Shown: positions 11,989 through 26,040, numbered from the stretch's first letter. The stretch: 64,000 nt of DNA from Dendrobates tinctorius (GCF_039654945.1 NW_027361711.1:14508001-14572000), one strand, 5' to 3'. Notes: generated by a model not told the origin, from the letters alone. Made by a program: numbers and translations.

Positions 11989-12866
11989 TGTTATGAATGG
12001 GTCACCGAGGATGATGACAGGAACAGGCTATGCCACCAGAAAACCAGAGAGGTTGGTAACTAAGCGGATTGCAGACCCCTGATCCTATCCACACAACTAG
12101 CAGCAGCCATGGAGCTTACCTACGATGCCTTAGACTCCTCGGCACAGCTGGAGAGCTAACTAAGCCTAAAGTAAGAAAGGTGAAATCTAAACTGCCCCGG
12201 AGCAGACCCCAAAAGGAATAGATAGCCCCCAAACATACATTGTCGGTGAGACAAGATGAAACACAAACACAGGCAGAAAAATAGACTGAGCAAATGATGG
12301 GGCCCAACTGACTAGATAGGATAGGAAAGGAAAGACACTGTCTGCAATCACGCAAAACCCCTGAAAAATCCAACATGTCTGATGTACAAAAAAACACTGA
12401 AGTCACGCGATTTCGCCCCCACTATATCAGCACTCCGGTATGAACTGGAAGCAAAGCAAAAGAGACCAATACAACAGGGGACTGAACATACTGACACAGG
12501 CTGTAACATATAGAGCGGTGGTCCATCACAGCCCCCAGAGGAGCAAGCTGAACCCGCACAACAAGCAGAGAGAGACAAAACCAGATCAGATGCAAAGGAT
12601 TAGCAAATGAACCACTTAGCTGAACAATGCAGGATCAGAGCAGGGGACATCAGACCTCAGAATGCACAGGGAAGCAATCACCAGCAGGGATTGAAGGATG
12701 TCTGCAGACTTAAATACTCCAATCAGTAACCCCAGATCTCCAACCGTCATCATCATCATCAGGTGGCAGACCTCTGTCAATCCGGCCAGCTCCACTACCT
12801 CCAGTAACCACCAGAGGGAGCAGGGGAAGCTTCGGCTCAGAAGTCTGAGTCAGGGAATTCACAACA
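11989..12866. mobile_element. Solo LTR (Gypsy-like)
   Basis: Inverted termini TGTTATGAAT ... ATTCACAACA; flanks AATTTG/AATATG are near-duplicated. Confidence 0.65.
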
Positions 12867-13144
12867 AATATGCCTGTCAGGAGCAGGCTAGAAAAATACC
12901 TATAATATCTAATTTTTGCAATTTGAGTGCTCTAAAAGTGATCAGTGACCTTCATAGGGATGTAATAAAAGAGACTACACATAATTAGGTGCAAAAAAAA
13001 CCTATTTACTTAACATAAGTAATAACTCTGAAATACAAACATCCAGCCAAATAGCCCCCAGTTTGACGCTGACAAATAACTCTATGAAGAAAATTTAGGG
13101 AAACTAACTTAATTTTAAGGTACCTAAAGTAATATTACACACAT

Positions 13145-14924
13145 TCATTCAGAATTAGATCCTGAAGTTTCCCCAGAACAAACACATTTGCAGAGCAAAG
13201 AGCAAGAATTCCATATAATTTTTGCATGTGTCAGGCAGATTGCATTATGACATTTGTGACATTCATAATTAGAAAGCCTTCTGTTTCCGCTTTCCGTGCT
13301 GCAGGTGGTGCATCTCCTTCTTTTGGGAGGTGGTGCAGGTGGTGGATTTTCAGGATCATTTTCTGGGCGGAATCTTTTGAGCTGAACTTGAAGGCGAGAA
13401 GGGATACCGATAGTTTTCATACTTCTCCTGCGAAGCTCTCCAAGCACTAGTTCATGGGCCAATTTTTTCAGATAGACTCGTCTATGGAGTGGTTCAAGCT
13501 GGTTTTCAAGGTAAATGACTTGTGACTTTATACCATCCAAATTCAACATAGTGAAAAATATGACCATTGGCCAGCGTTTGGTGTTTCTGCTGACGCTGAA
13601 AGTTGAGCATATCTGATCAGCTGTATCAACACCCCCCTTGGTTGCATTATAAAATGTTATTATCTCCAGGTTTTTTTGTGCCTCAGACCCAGGATCAATG
13701 GCACCATCATTATGAAGTGTTGAAAAAAGAAGTATTTTTTTTTTTCACGTGGTACATTGGAAACCAAAACCTTTCCATTATGGAATACAAACATACTGCT
13801 GTACTGTTTTCTCCCTTTCACACTTACAAACTGTGTAGGCAATTCTTTTTTATTTTTTCTTACAGTTCCAACATATGAAAGCTTCTGCATTTTCAGATAA
13901 TCAATCAGATCACAATTTGAAAACCAATTGTCAGCTGTTATATTGCGACCCGATCCAAATAAGGACTCAGCCATTCTTTTTACAACATCACTGCGTTTGT
14001 TGCTGACACAGTAAGGACATTCTAGTTGCTTTCCTGGATAAATTTCAAGGTTGTATGTGTAGGTCTTACTGGCATCAACAAGGGCATAAATTTTTATTCC
14101 GTATCTGCTAGGCTTTGATGGAATGTATTGACGAAATGCACATCTACCTCGAAAACCAGGGAGCATTTCGTCAATAGTGAGATTCGCCCCAGGGCAATAG
14201 CTTTTCTTACAGTTTTCCACAAACTTTTGGAATAAATCGCGAATTGGAGCAAGTCGGTCATATGTTTTACGTACGGTTCGGGTAGTTCTGTCGTCAAACC
14301 GAAGGCAACGAATTAGAACCTTGAATCTTTTTAGAGACATAACAAGGCCAAATTTTTCAATTCCTTCACCATCTTTACTCCAAAGTTCCTCCAAACTTTG
14401 TTGATTTGCCCTATAAGCTCCTGCAAGGTATAACAATCCAAAAACAGCACGCAGTTCTATTTCATCTGTGGTTTTGATGATTCTGTTGCAGATGAACTTG
14501 TCCTTCATAATGTCTATATATCGGTTTGTGTATGTGACAATAGAGTCCAGAATGTCATCTGTGAAAAAACTATTCCAGCATTCAGCTGCAGTTTTTGCAT
14601 TACTTGCTGTTCCTATATCTGCAGGAAGGTGAGTGATAATGTTTTGAGCTTCCCTATGTTTTTTCATGGGTGGCTTCTTGTTCCATTTGTTTTTTTATCT
14701 TTTCCCATATAATATAATTCTACATCTTCTTCATCTTCATCACTGTCACCATCTTGCTCTGTTTCAGAATCGATTTCACATACTTCCACCTCATCATGAG
14801 AATCAATCTCACTTTCTTCTCCTAAATCCTCAATTAGTGTGGGATCTGCATCATCACCATCATCTAACAGCATGTTTCTCACTTCCTCAATATGAAGGGG
14901 TTCTGATAAATTATACATTTTCAA
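13145..14924 (-). pseudogene. piggyBac (PGBD4-like) transposase pseudogene
   Basis: Acidic N-terminus; NLTIDEMLPGFRGRCAFRQYIPSKPSRYGIK; NITADNWF; FYNATKGGVDTADQ..RNTKRWP; C-terminal Cys-rich RRRCTTC..CHKCHNAICLTH. At least two frameshifts. Confidence 0.93.
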
Positions 14925-15503
14925 ATTAATATCACTAAAAAATCATCTTATATTATATCGTAAAATAAAAAAAGTTTTGTCATTTAGAATATTGTAACTT
15001 GTAATATTATAAGTGATCATTCTGTGTGCTTGAAGATGTGGTCAGCATGTCTAATGAAGCCACTAAACGACTGTTGATCGATTTGCATGTATCTGATCGT
15101 TTAACGGCCATGGCTAAATGCTTGGATAAATGGGCCCTTGGGCTGGTTTCTGCTATCAGTGTGTTAATTCATGTTCTGAGAATGTGGTTGTTCTGGGATT
15201 TGTGCCCATAATTTAGATGCACGTAGTATGTATTCTACTAGTGTGAAGATGGTCTTACAGATAATTCTTTATTCACTGTGCAACTAATAATTGGCAGCAT
15301 CCTACATATAAAAGAAAATGATGGCATATTTGTCAAATTATAAATTGTTAGTTTACTGCACTGTAATTTACAGATCACTTCATTTGTCAGTTAAAGACAC
15401 AGCTTTGGTTATCAAGAAGCCTTTTACTGTTTTCCTTTATTTTGCAATCAGTTAATTTATGTACTAAAGTCATTATATGTCCTCTTAATCATTGCATTCC
15501 TAA

Positions 15504-15877
15504 AGCCCCGGCTACACATAGCGATATCGCTAGCAATATCGCTGTAACGGCACCGATTTTGTGACGTAGCAGCAATATTGCTAGCGATATCGCTATGTCT
15601 GATACTTACCTCCGACCGGCTCCCCCGCTGCTCATCGCTGGTCGCGCGAGAATGTCCTGGACCATTTCTCGTCGGCTTCTTCCTGTGGCGCCGATGAGTG
15701 ACGCGTGGACGCGGACAGGAGGACGTCAGGATCGCCTCGTCTGACAGGTAAGTAGCGACCCCCCCACCCCTGCTATGTCGCTGGTGAGATCTGCCTGTGT
15801 GGCAGCTCACTAGCGACCACTTAGCGATCCATATCGTTGTCGAGATCGCTGGTGCATCGCTAAGTGTAACGGTACCC
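15504..15877. mobile_element. PIF/Harbinger-type MITE
   Basis: TAA on both sides; imperfect TIRs; GCGATATCGC palindromes; same family as 42100-42506. Confidence 0.7.
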
Positions 15878-16019
15878 TAATGCATTTTGAAGAAACCAAA
15901 ATTTGACTAGTAATAAAGTTTGCTTTATTTCCTTTTCAAAGAAAATGTTTTTGTTTTCTACTATTCAGTTTACATAGCTAACAATATATCATAATATAGT
16001 TATATAACAGTGATAGGAC

Positions 16020-16405
16020 TTCCAATTCCTCTCGTGAGTGTTTCGGTTTCAGTCATGGAGGCGACGCCGGAGTGGTTTCAGTCACCACTCTGAATATACA
16101 GAGCGACAGCTGTAACCGCACATTCAGCCATGACTGAGAGCCGACCTCAATGCAGATCGAGTGTCAGTCAGTGCCAGTAACGTGGCTACAGCGTTGCTCT
16201 GTGTACTCAGAGTAGTGGCTGAACGTGCGCCAGTGCTGCCCTTGTGACTGAAACCAGAGCGCTTCCGGCAAGGATAAAGTTAATTTTCTCCCAGAAGTGT
16301 TCAGCTAATTGCGGGCATCAGACACGTTAATAACACTATTAGCCTGCAGATTAACCCCATATCTGCTGGTTAAAAGTGTTTTATCTGGTGACAGGTTCCC
16401 TTTAA
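16020..16405. mobile_element. Partial Kolobok/T2-type MITE (right end)
   Basis: Ends GGTGACAGGTTCCCT-TTAA; internal inverted repeats; left end not found. Confidence 0.5.
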
Positions 16406-16985
16406 ATATGTTTTCATTCAAATTTTATAATGAGTCAGTATCACCTTCACAAGATAGATATGGAGCCTGTCCACTGGCATTAGAAGCAATCTAAATTCCT
16501 GGTATAGGTTTTTAGTAGTAAAAGTTTAATGTGTGTTTGGAAGATTATTTCCTCTTGAAAATGAAATAATAAGTGTCTAATTCTGAATGATTCACAGAGG
16601 AGCAAGGACATAAAGACAACATATCTGTCTGTTTAAAGTAAGGTGCCATCAAATTACATTTCTCACAAGTTAAAGGGTTTTTTTTGATTCCGGACAAATT
16701 TCTGCAGTCTTCAATGTGACTGTAGATTGCAAAATTGTGACAGTGTGCAATGCATGCACTGTCACGATTTCCCTACACTCTTAGCGCTTGCGATTGTCAT
16801 GTAACCACTGTTTATCAGCAGAAAAAAGTGGTTCTGTTCTGTTACGGCAGTTTGAGATTCTGGTTTGGCTTTTTATCCTAAGTCATGTGACAAGGCTCGT
16901 TAAAGGGTCGACATTGACTTTTAGGATTGCTACTTCCAATAGGTGAAACTAGAGTTCTAGTCTTCTTGCTCTCTGAAAAGACTAT

Positions 16986-18077
16986 TTACAGGAACCAGAT
17001 ACTGGTGACTTGCGTGATCCTGTGGAGGAGGCAGTGATGAGGACATAGGAGGACATGACAAACAGCCCCATGATGGAGATGACCTGGATGTGGCTTCGAT
17101 CTCACACACATTACACACTTTATGTGACGTAATGACAGGTATAAGGAGCGGGATCTATGTGGAAGATCCTGCAGACATGTTACTGGATGTAACCACAGCT
17201 GCTAATAATCTCCTTATATCAGACAACCTGAAAACTGCGACCTGGACTCGAGAGAAGCAGAAACGTCCAGAAACAGCAGAGAGATTCCAGTATAATCAGG
17301 TGATGAGCAGGAGGGGATTTACCTCAGGACGACATTACTGGGAAGTAGAGAGCAGTAGACCAGGGGGTTGGAGGGTGGGGATGTGTTATCCCAGTATAGA
17401 CAGGAGAGGGCATGAGTCATGCATTGGAAATAATAATAAGTCCTGGTGTTTGTGGAGATATAAGAATAATCAATTTTCAGTGATGCATGGCTGGAAACTG
17501 ATCCAGTTACCTGACAAGATCTCCATTGATAGATTCAGGATATGTCTGGATTATGAGGCCGGGCAGTTGTCTTTTTATGAGCTGTGTGACCCCATCAGAC
17601 ACTTACACACCATGACTGCCATCTTTTCCAAGCCCCTTCATGCTGCATTATGTGTAGTTCCCCCATCATATTTTGAAGATACCTGGGTAAGGCCGGGTTC
17701 ACATAGCGTTAACCAGCCCTATCAACGCATAGTGTTGACGGGCTGCGCTAACGCTATAGCGTTATGCTATACCCGCTAGCGCTGATGATTCATCAGCGCT
17801 AGCGGTGACATGCTATGACCGCTAGCGCTGATGAATTATCAGCGCTAGCGGTGACGGAGCCTCAGATGCTGCAGGCCGTGTCCGAGGCTGCGTCAGTGCT
17901 TAACGGTATATAGTGAATGTGTGCCGCTTTACGGCTTACGTCGCAATGCGCTAGTTAATGGGAGGCTATGGCAGCATTAACGGACTGCGTTACACAGCGT
18001 TATACTGCAGTGTAACGCAGTCCGTTAAACGAACTGTCATAGTGCAGTATGAACCCAGCCTTAGAATCTGCAACTGA
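16986..18077 (+). pseudogene. 3' half of a TRIM gene: linker plus PRY-SPRY (B30.2) domain, with a MITE in the last codons
   Basis: LLDVTTAANNLLISDNLK, PETAERF, FTSGRHYWEVE, WRVGMCY, ICLDYEAGQLSFY. Frameshift near 17030. Removing the MITE restores WVRICN* (TGA at 18075-18077). Confidence 0.88.
17691..18060. mobile_element. PIF/Harbinger-type MITE inside the B30.2 coding end
   Basis: GGCCGGGTTCA ... TGAACCCAGCC TIRs; TAA/TTA flanks. Confidence 0.85.
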
Positions 18078-18682
18078 ACAATAATTGTAAGAAATTTGCC
18101 CAGAGACCGGTGACATCACAAGGAGGGGAATCTGATTAGCTGGACATTTAGAATAAAAGGTCATGTGATCTATGGACCCTATTATGAATGACACTCCCCC
18201 CAGGATCATTACTGTTATTAGTTTTGGGGGAGGTTCACAAAACCGTATAAAATGAATTACAATGTATCCGTCCAAATTGGATCCTATGACGTGGCGTTTA
18301 GAGTTGAGCGAAACGGGTCGAAAAAATTCAAAAGTCGCCGACTTTTGGCAAAGTCGGGTTTCATGAAACGAAACCCGACCCTAGGATGAGGTCGGCCACG
18401 AGGTCGGCGACTTACGTGCCAAAGTCGCGTTTCAAAAGTTTGTTTTGCGCTCTTTTTCAGCCAATCAGGATCCACGGACACTGTGGGCAACGTGATGACA
18501 TAGGCACGGGTCACCACCATCTTTCAGAAGGGCATGCAAGTGATTGGCTTGCTTTGGTGGGCGTCACAGGGGGTATAAAAGGGCGTGCACGCCGACCGCC
18601 ATCTTACTTCTGCCGATCTTAGTATAGGGAGAGGTTGCTGCTGATTCTGTAGGGAGAGCGTTAGGCAGGGAAGAAGACAAAG

Positions 18683-19087
18683 AAACTGCTTCTGCTGCTA
18701 GCGATTTGGCCTGCACAACACACCAGTCACTGTGTGTGCAGTGCAAGGGGAGGCTATATAGTGGTGTATCAGTGGTGTTGGTTGTTGGGCTGCCTTCTAA
18801 GGCTTCCTGACATTCCTGCATTGCTGTTTACCCACTGCTCCGCAAACTGCTTTTTTAAAAGCAATCCCAATTTTTTTTTTTGTCCTGCTGAGAAGAAAAA
18901 AAAACTGCTTCTGCTGCTAGCAATTTGGCCTGCACAACACACCAGTCACTGTGTGTGCAGTGCAAGGGGAGGCTATATAGTGGTGTATCAGTGGTGTTGG
19001 TTGTTGGGCTGCCTTCTAAGGCTTCCTGACATTCCTGCATTGCTGTTTACCCACTGCTCTGCAAACTGCTTTTTTAAAAGCAATCCA
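18683..19087 (+). repeat. Two near-identical copies at 219 bp spacing in the hAT 5' region
   Basis: Direct duplication starting at CTGCTTCTGCTGCTAGC (18686 and 18905). Confidence 0.9.
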
Positions 19088-19090
19088 ATA

Positions 19091-20270
19091 TCCCTTATCC
19101 TCTAGTCACTTTTGTCACAGCTGTGCCATCGAGCCTGTCACATAGCGCTCAGATATTCATTGGGCCTCACACAATCCAAAAGTGTCCAGTGTCCAAAAGT
19201 GTGTGCAGAGATTCAAAATCTCCCTTATCCTCTAGTTACTTTGGTCACAGCTGTGCCATCGAGCCTGTCACATAGCGCTCAGATATCAGTGGGCCTCACA
19301 CAATCCAAAAGTGTCCAGTGTCCAAAAGTGTGTGCAGAGATTCAAAATCTCCCTTATCCTCTAGTCACTTTTGTCACAGCTGTGCCATCGAGCCTGTCAC
19401 ATAGTGCTCAGATATCAGTGGGCCTCACACAATCCAAAAGTGTCCAGTGTCCAAAAGTGTGTGCAGAGATTCAAAATCTCCCTTATCCTCTAGTCACTTT
19501 GGTCACAGCTGTGCCATCGAGCCTGTCACATAGCGCTCAGATATCAGTGGGCCTCACACAATCCAAAAGTGTCCATCCAGTGTCCAAAAGTGTGTGCAGA
19601 GATTCAAAATCTCCCTTATCCTCTAGTCACTTTGGTCACAGCTGTGCCATCGAGCCTGTCACATAGCGCTCAGATATCAGTGGGCCTCACACAATCCAAA
19701 AGTGTCCATCCAGTGTCCAAAAGTGTGTGCAGAGATTCAAAATCTCCCTTATCCTCTAGTCACTTTGGTCACAGCTGTGCCATCGAGCCTGTCACATAGG
19801 GCTCAGATATCAGTGGGCCTCACACAATCCAAAAGTGTCCAGTGTCCAAAAGTGTGTGCAGAGATTCAAAATCTCCCTTATCCTCTAGTCACTTTGGTCA
19901 CAGCTGTGCCATCGAGCCTGTCACATAGCGCTCAGATATCAGTGGGCCTCACACAATCCAAAAGTGTCCATCCAGTGTCCAAAAGTGTGTGCAGAGATTC
20001 AAAATCTCCCTTATCCTCTAGTCACTTTGGTCACAGCTGTGCCATCGAGCCTGTCACATAGCGCTCAGATATCAGTGGGCTTCACACAATCCAAAAGTGT
20101 CCAGTGTCCAAAAGTGTGTGCAGAGATTCAAAATCTCCCTTATCCTCTAGTCACTTTGGTCACAGCTGTGCCATCGAGCCTGTCACATAGGGCTCAGATA
20201 TCAGTGGGCCTCACACAATCCAAAAGTGTCCAGTGTCCACAAGTGTCTGCAGAAATTCAAAATCTCCCCT
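19091..20270 (+). repeat. Tandem array of 9 units of 129-133 bp upstream of the hAT transposase
   Basis: Units start TCCCTTATCCTCTAG at 19091, 19221, 19350, 19479, 19612, 19745, 19874, 20007 and 20136. Confidence 0.95.
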
Positions 20271-20344
20271 GTCCTATAGACACCTTGTACCTTGTTTTAC
20301 ATTACTATATAGTTTGTTGGATTTTGTCTACATTTCTACCAAAA

Positions 20345-23300
20345 ATGAGGAAGGCTGGTGGAAGAGGCCATGGAATTGGGCGGGGGTTGGCAGCTGGTAA
20401 AGATGGTGTTGGTGGTGGATCTGATGGTAGTGGCAAGAGCAAAATAGGACCGAATGCAGGAGGTGCTGACCCTGCGTCATCGTCTGGCTACATAAGGCCT
20501 CGAACGCTTAGTTTTCTAGGAGTTGGCAAACCGCTTTTAAAGCCAGAGCATCAGGAAAAAGTTTTGTCTTACATTGCTGACTCAGCCTCCAGCTCTATCG
20601 CCTCCTCTTCTTCAGTTGTAAAAAGTAAAAGCACTGAGTCGTCATTGGAGGCTCATGTTCATGAACCACACCTTTCCTTGTGTCCTTCGCCCCAACCAAG
20701 ATTGAAGGATGACGCAGGCCATACTACTGATTACTCCATGGAGCTGTTTTCACATACCATGCCTGGATTATCAAGTGAAATGGTGAATTACCCAGGCCAA
20801 GATGAATCTGACATGGAGTGCACTGATGCACAGCCGCTGATGGATGATTCTGCTGGTACATTCACTCAGAGCACTACATTGTCCTCGCAGTGTACAGAGC
20901 CAGATTCTGACCCTGATGAGACTCAGGTGCCCCTTCCCGCACACTATACCACCATACACGGTGACACAGAGGAAGGTGCACATGACATAGAAGAGGGGGT
21001 GATGGATGACCCAGTTGTTGACCCAGATTGGCATCCATTGGGGGAAGAGGGTGCTGCTTCCAATAGCTCAGATGAGGAGCATCCACAGCAGACATCGACA
21101 TCGCAACAGCTGTTATCTGGCAGGCCTGGAGCACTCCAAAGACAGGTTCCAAACATCAAAAGAGTTACTGGACAGCTTGTCCAGAGGGTCAAAAGATCAC
21201 AGCGTGCTAGGCCGCAAAATGTCTGCCAAAGTAGGAAGAGTGCAGTGTGGCACTTTTTTGACCAAAATCCTCATGATCAGGCCAAGGTTATCTGTAAGAA
21301 GTGCGCAAAGACCTTTAGCCGAGGGAAAAATCTGAAAAATTTGAATACCAGTTGCATGCTTAGACATTTAACCAGCATGCACTTGCAAGCGTGGACACAA
21401 CACCAAACCTCAAGTGCCACATGTGCAACTGATCACAACGAAGGTAGTCAGCAACGCTACATTGTTTCCCCCACTGTAAGCCCACCGGTTAGCACAGCAG
21501 CAAATGTTGAGGTGTCGTTGCAAGACCACAGCAGTCAGGGAATCCCACTGTTATATCAACGAAAGACTGATTCTAGGCCATCAGAAAGAACACCAACTCC
21601 ATCACCATCATCAACCCTCTCTCAGTCCGCCCTGTCCACCGCTACTTCCACCATATGCAGCTCTCAAGTCCAGCTCACCCTCCCAGACACTATGAGTAGG
21701 TCAAGAAAGTACTCAGTCTCTCATCCACGTACACTGGGTTTGAACGCCCACATTGCCAAACTAATCTCGTTTGAGATGATGCCCTTTCGGTTGGTGGAAA
21801 GCATAGCTTTCCGCGAACTCATGGCCTATGCAGTACCACGCTATGACCTACCCAGTCGCCACTTCTCTCGCAAAGCCATCCCAGCCCTCCACCATCATGT
21901 GAAAGACCGCATTGTCCATGCACTCAAGCAGTCAGTGAGCGGAAAGGTGCACCTCACAACTGATGCATGGTCCAGTCGGCATGGCCAGGGCCGTTACGTG
22001 TCCATCACTGCGCACTGGGTTAATGTGGTGGATGCAGGGTCCACAGGGGACAGCGGTGGTGGGACAGTGCTGCCTAGCCCACGGTATAGGAAACAGTTGG
22101 CTGTAGGCGTTCGACCCTCCTCCTCCTCCAGAAGCGAAAGCTCGTCCACAGAGCGCAGTCGTACGAGCACTCCATCTGCAGCTGCCACTGTTGCACACGA
22201 TGTGTCCCCCTATTGAGCAGCTAGTGGAAAGTGTCAGCAGGCTGTGTTGCAGATGATGTGTTTGTGCGACAGACACACCGCCGAGGTGCTGGCCGAGTAC
22301 TTGAAGCGACAAACTGAGTCATGGCTGGGCAGTGTACATCTTGAGGCAGGCAAGGTAGTTAGTGATAACGGCCGTAATTTTGTGGCAGCCATAGCCCTTT
22401 CAAAACTCAGCCACATACCTTGCTTGGCTCACACCTTGAACCTGGTGGTGCAGTGCTTCCTCAAAAATTATCCGGAGTTTACAGCCCTGCTCCAGAAGGT
22501 GCGAAGACTGTGCGCGCACATCCGCCGGTCGCCTGTACACTCCGTTCGTATGCAGAAGCTGCAGCGATTGCTCCACCTTCCCAACCACCGCCTCATTATC
22601 GACATTGCAACAAGGTGGAACTCCACCCTGCACATGGTGGAGCGGCTGTGCGAGCAGAGGCAGGCCATAATGCATTTGTGGGAGGATACACGGCCAGGCA
22701 CTTTGAGAGCAGACATGGAGTTGACAGGTATGCAGTGGTCGAAGCTGAAAGACCTTTGTAAAGTCCTTCAGTGTTTTGAGGAATGCACACGGCTGGTAAG
22801 CGCAGATGACGCCATCCTAAGCATGAGCATCCCACTTATGCGTCTGCTCGTGCAAACTTTGACGCACCTTAAGGAGCAGGCGTCTGCAGCCAATGTTGAT
22901 GAGGAGGAGGGAATCCTTGATGACATTCAGCCATTGTCTGCTCAGGGACCTCTCCTGGACGAGTTGGAGGAAGAAGAGGAGGAGGAGGATGATGATGGGG
23001 ATGATTACTTAGGGGAGGAGGATGCATCTCGTGGGGCAAGTGAAAATGTTGGCGTGGCAAGGTCTGGTATAGGGTTTGTGCGTGACTGGAGGGATGTGGA
23101 TTTGCCAGAAAGTGCTCCTCCACCCAGCACTCGCAGTGCATCATTGACACCGGGAACATTGGCCCACATGTCAGATTATGCCTTGCGGATCCTAAAAAGG
23201 GACCCCCGCATTGCCAAAATGATGAACGATGACGACTACTGGTTGGCCAGCATCCTGGATCCACGCTATAAAGGCAAATTACAAAACATCATGCCACAGG

Positions 23301-23865
23301 AGAACCTTGACCTAATATTGGCTAATAAACAAGCAACTCTGGTATATCGGTTGCTTGAGGCATTCCCAGCACACAGCAGCGGTGATGGTTCTCACACGAG
23401 CCGTACGGGCCGGGGGCAGCTTGGCAGAGGTTTTCGTGGTGCACACAGCAGAGTGGCGTTGGAGACAGGGGTTTCATGACAATGTTGTGGACTGATTTTT
23501 CAAATACCGCTCACACAACTGGTAATACTGCATCGATGGAAAGTGACAGGAGACAGCAGTTGTCAACTATGGTTACAAACTACTTTTCCTCCCATATCGA
23601 TGTTCTCCCACACAGGTCATTCCCCTTTGACTATTGGGCCGCTAAACTGGACACCTGGCCTGAATTGGCCCAATATGCCTTACAGGAGCTCGCTTGCCCA
23701 GCTGCAAGTGTGCTATCGGAAAGAGTCTTCAGTGCAGCTGGATCAATCCTGACAGAAAAAAGGACCCGTCTGTCAACCCAAAATGTGGATGATCTAACCT
23801 TCATTAAAATGAACCACGCATGGGTTTCCAAGGATTTTGTCCCACCTTCCCCTGTTGACACATAG
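20345..23865 (+). pseudogene. hAT (ZBED-like) transposase with BED zinc finger; one nonsense codon and one frameshift
   Basis: BED finger SAVWHFF..VICKKC..TSCMLRHLTSMH; VHLTTDAWS; VVSDNGRN; PCLAHTLNL; TRWNST; C-terminal dimerisation region YW..WPEL..PAASVLSERVFSAAG. In-frame TGA at 22214-22216; frameshift near 23450-23476. Confidence 0.95.
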
Positions 23866-24284
23866 GGTGACAGAAAAATGGCTTGCTTTGGTCCACCTCT
23901 TCCTGGTACTTCACCTATTTCGCCTTTTGCATCAGCTGAATGTCCAACATCAACATATGCCACTTTCTAAAACTCCCTAACTGTGCTGCCTCCCCCCCCC
24001 ATGGCCGGGGTCACCACCTAGCACATGACACTGTGCGAGTGCCGTTGCCCTGGACAGGTGGGTAGGCCGACTCTTGGGCGCGGGCACTGGCACAGGGTCC
24101 CTCATAGTGCAATCAAGTGTCTCTGACGGTGGTGGTGCACACCCGCCGTCAGACACACCGCTGTACTATGAGGGGCCCAGTGCCAGTACCGACGCCCACG
24201 AGTGGGCCCCCCTTGCTTTGGCAGGGCCCCAGCATTTGCAATCTTTACCTCTCCCTGCTCCTCCGCTGTGTAATCTGGGCCGTC

Positions 24285-26040
24285 AAATCCATACTGTGCC
24301 TGACACCGTCTGAGCCTGCCTCCTGATGTATAGACATATATTTTGAATGTGTACGCTATCCATACATGTTATCCGGGGATACGGTACCCTTTCTAACCTT
24401 TGTGCAATCACGTGCAATCCATACTGGGCCTAACACCGTCTGAGCCTGCCTCCTGAGACATATATTTTGAATGTGTACGCTATCCATACATGTTATCCGG
24501 GGAAACGGTACCCTTTCTAACCTTTGTGCAATCACGTGCAATCCATACTGGGCCTAACACCATCTGAGCCTGCCTCCTGAGACATATATTTTGAATGTGT
24601 ACGCTATCCATACATGTTATCCGGGGATACGGTACCCTTTCTAACCTTTGTGCAATCACGTGCAATCCATACTGGGCCTAACACCATCTGAGCCTGCCTC
24701 CTGAGACATATATTTTGAATGTGTACGCTATCCATACATGTTATCTGGGGATACGGTACCCTTTCTAACCTTTGTGCAATCACGTGCAATCCATACTGGG
24801 CCTAACACCGTCTGAGCCTGCCTCCTGAGACATATATTTTGAATGTGTACGCTATCCATGCATGTTATCTGGGGATACGGTACCCTTTCTAACCTTTGTG
24901 CAATCACGTGCAATCCATACTGGGCCTAACACCGTCTGAGCCTGCCTCCTGAGACATATATTTTGAATGTGTACGCTATCCATACATGTTATCCGGGGAT
25001 ACGGTACCCTTTCTAACCTTTGTGCAATCACGTGCAATCCATACTGGGCCTAACACCGTCTGAGCCTGCCTCCTGAGACATATATTTTGAATGTGTACGC
25101 TATCCATACATGTTATCCGGGGATATGGTACCCTTTCTAACCTTTGTGCAATCACGTGCAATCCATACTGGGCCTAACACCGTCGCAGCCTGCCTCCTGA
25201 GACATATATTTTGAATGTGTACGCTATCCATACATGTTATCTGGGGATACGGTACCCTTTCTAACCTTTGTGCAATCACGTGCAATCCATACTGGGCCTA
25301 ACACCGTCTGAGCTTGCCTCCTTAGACATATATTTTGAATGTGTACGCTATCCATACATGTTATCTGGGGATACGGTACCCTTTCTAACCTTTGTGCAAT
25401 CACGTGCAATCCATACTGGGCCTAACACCGTCTGAGCCTGCCTCCTGAGACATATATTTTGAATGTGTACGCTATCCATACATGTTATCCGGGGATACGG
25501 TACCCTTTCTAACCTTTGTGCAATCACGTGCAATCCATACTGGGCCTAACACCGTCTGAGCCTGCCTCCTGAGACATATATTTTGAATGTGTACGCTATC
25601 CATACATGTTATCTGGGGATACGGTACCCTTTCTAACCTTTGTGCAATCACGTGCAATCCATACTGGGCCTAACACCGTCTGAGCCTGCCTCCTGAGACA
25701 TATATTTTGAATGTGTACGCTATCCATACATGTTATCCGGGGATACGGTACCCTTTCTAACCTTTGTGCAATCACGTGCAATCCATACTGGGCCTAACAC
25801 CGTCTGAGCCTGCCTCCTGAGACATATATTTTGAATGTGTACGCTATCCATACATGTTATCTGGGGATACGGTACCCTTTCTAACCTTTGTGCAATCACG
25901 TGCAATCCATACTGGGCCTGACACCGTCTGAGCCTGCCTCCTGAGACATATATTTTGAATGTGTACGCTATCCATACATGTTATCCGGGGATACGGTACC
26001 CTTTCTAACCTTTGTGCAATCACGTGTAATCCATACTGGG
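24285..26040 (+). repeat. Tandem array of ~14 x 124 bp in the hAT 3' region
   Basis: Near-identical units; the ORF track repeats every 124 bp. Confidence 0.96.

Noticed and set aside
19964-20344. N-terminal extension of the 750-aa ORF
   Set aside because: Derived from the tandem array with a non-ATG start; the ATG at 20345 is more plausible.
24285-26040. CRISPR-like array or repeated 61-aa genes
   Set aside because: Units are full-length tandem copies with no unique spacers, the context is eukaryotic, and the ORFs are by-products of the repeat.
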